This document shows, one piece after another, positions 60,248 through 64,000 of a stretch of DNA of 64,000 nucleotides. The position numbers and the translations under genes were made by a program. Under the pieces are notes generated by a model, which was not told the DNA's origin, did not search any database, and saw only the letters and a list, made by a program, of their open reading frames with translations. This stretch comes from Pontixanthobacter sp. (GTDB taxonomy: Bacteria > Pseudomonadota > Alphaproteobacteria > Sphingomonadales > Sphingomonadaceae). The stretch is taken from positions 1,235,601 through 1,299,600 of the forward strand of contig CBDCBU010000001.1 of assembly GCA_965214445.1 (NCBI GenBank), in the 5' to 3' direction. How positions within the stretch are numbered: position 1 is the stretch's first letter; each line of letters begins with the position of its first letter.

Positions 60248-60699
60248 CGGAACCGCCCATGTGTCGCACGTGCGCGGCGCTCACGCAGGCACAGCCACAC
60301 TAACAAGCCAACCGGGCCGGCGATGAAGGTGGCCAGCAGGACGGGGGCCTGAACGATCCGTCCGAAGCCTTTCGCATCGGCGTCGCGCGCGATCCACAGA
60401 CCCACGAACAGGTCGAACGCCAGATAATGGACCCATCCTATGGTAAGCCCGCCATCGCTTGCGAATATCTCGCGAACTTCCGCAATGGAAGTAAATCCGC
60501 CGCCGTTCCCTGCCGCACCGCCGGGATCGACCAGCCCGGTCAGAAGGCCGATCAGCCCGGCGGTATAGGCCAAGCAGAGCAGCCCGACACCGCAATAGAG
60601 CAGTATCGTCATGGTCAGCGGCCTGCGCGGCAGCAGGATCAGCACCGCCCACGCCGCCATCGCTACGATGTTTGCCGCGTTGAATATCGTATCCCACAT
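60244..60699 (-). CDS. ABA4-like (DUF4281) membrane protein
   Basis: MWDTIFNAANIVAMAAWAVLILLP..., 4 TM segments. 4-nt overlap with the DUF938 gene. Confidence 0.7.
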   Translation of the reverse strand: MWDTIFNAANIVAMAAWAVLILLPRRPLTMTILLYCGVGLLCLAYTAGLIGLLTGLVDPGGAAGNGGGFTSIAEVREIFASDGGLTIGWVHYLAFDLFVGLWIARDADAKGFGRIVQAPVLLATFIAGPVGLLVWLCLRERRARATHGRFR

Positions 60700-60719
60700 G
60701 GGCCGCACCCCTTTCCCGG

Positions 60720-61412
60720 CTACGATCGCGCCATCGGCAGCGACCGTGCAGCCCGCAGCAGCGCGTCGTGTTCATGCACGAACTTGCCCCCGGCCTTGCG
60801 CAAAGCCAAGGCCAGCCCCGCGCGCGCGACTTCGTCGTCGCGGATCGACCGATATCGCCGAAACGCGCCGTGCAGCAGCAGGTCAGTCGCCGGACTGACG
60901 ATCCGCCCGACGGTTTCGCCGATGCGCATGTCGCGGTCCCGCTTACCCCGAAGCAGGCCGGGCCGCATTATGTCGAGCCGGTCGAAGCCGATCTTGCGAA
61001 GGTCGCGTTCCACTTCGCCCTTGACGCGCAGATAGAAGGTTTTGGCGCCGCTATCCGCACCGACGGAACTCACCGTAAGCATGCGTTCGGTGCCGCTGTC
61101 ACGCGCCGCCTGCGCCAACATCAGAACCAGTGTCTGATCTACCGCGCGAAAGGACGCTTCGTCGCGCCCTGCCCTGTTCCAGGTCGTGCCCAACGCGCTG
61201 ATAAGCACGTCGGGGCGCAGCGCGGACAGGACCGTTCCCCACTCCTGCGGGTCGGCGACGACCATCTCCATCGTGGCACCGGACGGCAGTTTCATCTCAC
61301 GCCTCGCGATGGCGAGCAGGCGTATGTTTTCCCGTCCGACAGCCTGTGCGATGATGGCGCGGCCGATCAGGCCGGTCGCCCCGACCAGCGCGATGCGCAC
61401 AGGTTCAGACAT
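60720..61412 (-). CDS. NAD(P)H-binding (NmrA/atypical SDR-like) protein
   Basis: IALVGATGLIGRA Rossmann motif. 230 aa. Confidence 0.75.
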   Translation of the reverse strand: MSEPVRIALVGATGLIGRAIIAQAVGRENIRLLAIARREMKLPSGATMEMVVADPQEWGTVLSALRPDVLISALGTTWNRAGRDEASFRAVDQTLVLMLAQAARDSGTERMLTVSSVGADSGAKTFYLRVKGEVERDLRKIGFDRLDIMRPGLLRGKRDRDMRIGETVGRIVSPATDLLLHGAFRRYRSIRDDEVARAGLALALRKAGGKFVHEHDALLRAARSLPMARS

Positions 61413-62565
61413 TGCGCAGCCCCTCCGGCACGAAGCCGTAGATCGCCGCGCATCGGTTCATGGCGAAGCGATCGGTCATGCCGGCGATATAATCGGCGAT
61501 ATGGCGGCTTCTTTCGGGTTCGGCCGGTGGCAGCTTTGCCTGCCATGCCGGATCGAGCAGATTGGGGTCCTGTTCGTAGGCGGCGTAGAGTTTCGCGACG
61601 ACCTCGCGCGCGCTTTCCGCCGTCTGCACCTGTTCGGAATGCAGGTAGAGATTATCGTACATGAAGCGTTTCAGCAGCCGCTCCTGCGCCGCCAATCCGG
61701 GGGAAAATCCGCCCGACCACTCTCCGGCGTCGCGTATTTCTGCGATGCTCGTCGCCGACGCCGTTTTCATGCTTGTATGTTCGATCACGTCGTTGACCAT
61801 CAGCCCGATCTGACCGCGGACCAGTTCGCGCAGCTTGCGATCATGCGCCGCATGGGGGAAACGCCGCTCGACGTCGCGCCATTGGTCGGCGACGAAATCC
61901 ATGGTCAGCAACTCGTCCAGCTTCAGAAAGCCCGCGCGCAGACCGTCGTCGATGTCGTGGTTGTCATAGGCGATATCGTCCGCCACCGCCGCAATCTGCG
62001 CTTCGAGCGAGGGATAGCGGTCCAGCATCAACGGGTAGTCCGCATCCAGTTCCGCCAGCGCCCAGACGGGTTCGGCGACCGGTCCGTTGTGTTTCGCCAA
62101 CCCTTCCAGCACCTCCCAGCTGAGATTGAGCCCTTCATGGTCGCAATAGGGGCTTTCGATCCGCATCAGCGTGCGCAGCGAATGGGCGTTGTGATCGAAA
62201 CCGCCATGACGCGCCAGTGCCTGATCAAGCGCGTGCTCGCCAGCATGGCCGAACGGCGGATGACCGATATCGTGCGCAAGGCACAATGCCTCCGTCAGGT
62301 CCTCGTCCAGATGCAGCGCGCGCGCGATTACCCGACCGATCTGCGCGACTTCCAGGCTGTGGGTCAGCCGGGTGCGGTAATGGTCGCCGTCGGGCGCGAT
62401 GAATACCTGCGTCTTGCTGCGGAGGCGACGGAAGGCGATGGAATGGATGATCCGGTCCCGGTCCCGCTGGAAGGCGCTGCGCGGTCCGCGCACGCCGTCC
62501 GCGCTATTGCCGAACTCGCGACCCCTGGAACGATCGGGGTCGGCAGCGAAAGGAGCGCGTTTCAT
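61405..62565 (-). CDS. dGTP triphosphohydrolase-like HD-domain protein
   Basis: ATG at 62565 (MKRAPFAADPDRSRGREF...). FQRDRDRIIHS and HD block LAHDIGHPPFGH. Its 3' end overlaps the next gene by 8 nt. Confidence 0.85.
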   Translation of the reverse strand: MKRAPFAADPDRSRGREFGNSADGVRGPRSAFQRDRDRIIHSIAFRRLRSKTQVFIAPDGDHYRTRLTHSLEVAQIGRVIARALHLDEDLTEALCLAHDIGHPPFGHAGEHALDQALARHGGFDHNAHSLRTLMRIESPYCDHEGLNLSWEVLEGLAKHNGPVAEPVWALAELDADYPLMLDRYPSLEAQIAAVADDIAYDNHDIDDGLRAGFLKLDELLTMDFVADQWRDVERRFPHAAHDRKLRELVRGQIGLMVNDVIEHTSMKTASATSIAEIRDAGEWSGGFSPGLAAQERLLKRFMYDNLYLHSEQVQTAESAREVVAKLYAAYEQDPNLLDPAWQAKLPPAEPERSRHIADYIAGMTDRFAMNRCAAIYGFVPEGLRNV

Positions 62566-62650
62566 TGGCAGCGGAATAGGCGCGGCGCAGGTCCGGAACA
62601 ACGGGAACAATCGGGCAACATCGCCGCCCCACGGCTTCATAGGTCGCGGA

Positions 62651-63346
62651 TCAATCCTGTCCCATGATCCAGTCCACCGCCGCTTCGCAGTGAATACGCG
62701 AGGAATCGAAGATCGGCAGGACGTTGGCGTCAACGTCGACGACCAGCTCCAGCTCGGTGCACGCCAGCACGATGGCCCGCGCACCATCCTGCGCCCTGCG
62801 CGCGATCAGCGTCTTCAATTGCCGTTCCGCATCGCGGGTCTTCCTGCCGACCATCAGTTGGTCGTAGATGATCGCATGCAGCATTTCGACATTGGCCATG
62901 TCCGGCGGCAACAGATCGACGCCGTGCGCCACCAGCCGCCGGCGGTAGAAGTTTTCCGTCATCACGTTGCGCGTGCCGATCAGCGCAGCATTGGTTGCGC
63001 CCAGCTTCGCCATTTCCGCGCCGACGCATTCGGCAATATGAATGATCGGGACAGAAACGGCCCGCGCGACCTCGTCATACACCTTGTGCATCGAATTGGC
63101 CGCGATGATCAGCGCACCCGCACCGGCCTGCTCCAGACGTCTGGCGGATCCGCTCAATATGGTGGCCGCCCTCGCCCAGTCCTCATCTGTGTCGAGACCA
63201 TGCAACTGCGCGAAATCTAGGCTTTCGATCAGCAGCGGTGCGCTGGCCATCGGGGTCGAACGCCGGCGTACCAGAGTGTTGATCCGGTGATAATAACTGT
63301 GGGTCGTGACCCAGCTCATCCCGCCGATAATACCCAGTTTACGCAC
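62651..63346 (-). CDS. Aspartate/glutamate racemase family protein
   Basis: MRKLGIIGGMSW and two Cys blocks (IAECV, LACTEL). Confidence 0.85.
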   Translation of the reverse strand: MRKLGIIGGMSWVTTHSYYHRINTLVRRRSTPMASAPLLIESLDFAQLHGLDTDEDWARAATILSGSARRLEQAGAGALIIAANSMHKVYDEVARAVSVPIIHIAECVGAEMAKLGATNAALIGTRNVMTENFYRRRLVAHGVDLLPPDMANVEMLHAIIYDQLMVGRKTRDAERQLKTLIARRAQDGARAIVLACTELELVVDVDANVLPIFDSSRIHCEAAVDWIMGQD

Positions 63347-63475
63347 TGCAAAATCCCTTGATCGCCTTGTACGCCCGTCAGCAATGGCGCGCTTTCATGC
63401 CACGATATGCCCTATCATTAGCCGTTTGCGGATCGGCGGCAAACCCACGCGCGCGCATCCACATCGGTCCATGCC

Positions 63476-64000
63476 CTAATCGACCGACGCGATGTCTGGC
63501 GTGACAGGCGCATCCAGCCAGTCCGCCAGTGCCGCAGCACTGGCATCCGGTGCCTCTTCCATCGGCAGATGGCCGATCCCGTCGAAAGCGACGAACCGGC
63601 TGGAAGGCAGGTGCCGATGATACCATTCACCCGCCGCGACCGGTATCAACGCGTCCTCCCGGCCCCACATGACGAGCGTCGGTGTCCCGATCGTCGCCAC
63701 CTCGCGGGCCGTCATCGGCTCGCTTGGGGAATTGAACCGCGTCACTGTGGCAGCGCGGTTCCCGGGATAGCGCAGCAACTCCCAATAGCGATCGACGGCG
63801 GCGGGCGTAACGATAGCCTGATTGCTGACGCTCTGGCGCAGGCTCCGTTCGATCAGGGAACGCGGCGTGACGTGTTCCATGACGCGGTTCATGCCGGGCA
63901 AGGCCGCGATGGTGAAGCCGATATTACCAGCGCCCTGCTGCCGCACGGGCGCGCCGCTGGCATCGATCAACACCAGCCCGTCCAGCCGAGTGGAGTTTTC
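63476..64000 (-). CDS. Alpha/beta hydrolase, 5'-truncated by window edge
   Basis: Frame is open to the window end. C-terminal alpha/beta-fold pattern (PTLVMWGREDALIP..., GHLPMEE). Confidence 0.72.
   Translation of the reverse strand, partial: ENSTRLDGLVLIDASGAPVRQQGAGNIGFTIAALPGMNRVMEHVTPRSLIERSLRQSVSNQAIVTPAAVDRYWELLRYPGNRAATVTRFNSPSEPMTAREVATIGTPTLVMWGREDALIPVAAGEWYHRHLPSSRFVAFDGIGHLPMEEAPDASAAALADWLDAPVTPDIASVD

Noticed and set aside
61405-62565. dGTPase-like gene as an anti-phage dNTP-depletion defence gene
   Set aside because: It is embedded by an 8-nt overlap in a string of metabolic-looking genes, with normal composition and no neighbouring defence or mobile genes. It is more consistent with the housekeeping alphaproteobacterial dgt-like family.
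1-64000. CRISPR arrays, IS elements, prophage or integrative elements, rRNA genes
   Set aside because: Reading both strands, I found no spaced short repeats, no transposase, integrase or phage-like ORFs and no rRNA-like sequence. This was a visual scan and not an exhaustive computation.

Overview
This is a high-GC, gene-dense stretch of chromosomal core, with many 1-17 nt gene overlaps. Gene content and order look alphaproteobacterial, possibly Sphingomonadales, but that is inferred from gene order only and was not checked against any database. I support about 68 protein-coding genes (two cut by the window edges, one a frameshifted pseudogene) and one tRNA-Phe.

Main blocks:
- rplU-rpmA.
- A minus-strand aa3-type cytochrome c oxidase cluster (ctaC-ctaD-ctaB-small ORF-ctaG-ctaE-SURF1) that runs on into thrC, a SAM-dependent methyltransferase gene (MTase) and folB.
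- A plus-strand string pyrE-pdxJ-acpS-lepB-AI-2E transporter-DUF3089-ruvX-two PaaI thioesterases.
- A PBP1A-family penicillin-binding protein (PBP) gene and cobS.
- A J-domain gene divergent from bolA-pirin-SDR-alpha/beta hydrolase.
- hisG-hisD-nusB-thiL and hppA.
- uvrC, a TonB-dependent receptor, and infA-maf-RNase E/G-like-yacG-tRNA-Phe.
- purC / M16 peptidase / purS-purQ.
- A GGDEF-EAL protein, glmS, an LTA-synthase-family membrane protein, and a lone cpaF.
- A racemase-dGTPase-like-NmrA-like-ABA4-like-DUF938 string.

I see no transposase, integrase, prophage gene, CRISPR array, rRNA or recognisable defence system, and no convincing large novel system.

Observations most worth follow-up:
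1. A translationally coupled CelD-like GNAT + JmjC/cupin oxygenase pair next to tesB.
2. A ~135-aa Gly/Pro/Arg-flanked, Cys-pair insertion inside the TonB-dependent receptor.
3. An AT-richer, compositionally atypical LTA-synthase-family gene next to an orphan cpaF.
4. Two short ORFs missing from the supplied track: a 41-aa membrane ORF inside the cta operon and a 42-aa entericidin-like lipoprotein.
5. A DUF2332 gene broken by two +1 frameshifts.
6. An operator-like repeat set between two tandem hydrolase paralogs.

All functional calls rest on motifs read from the translations. None were confirmed by search.
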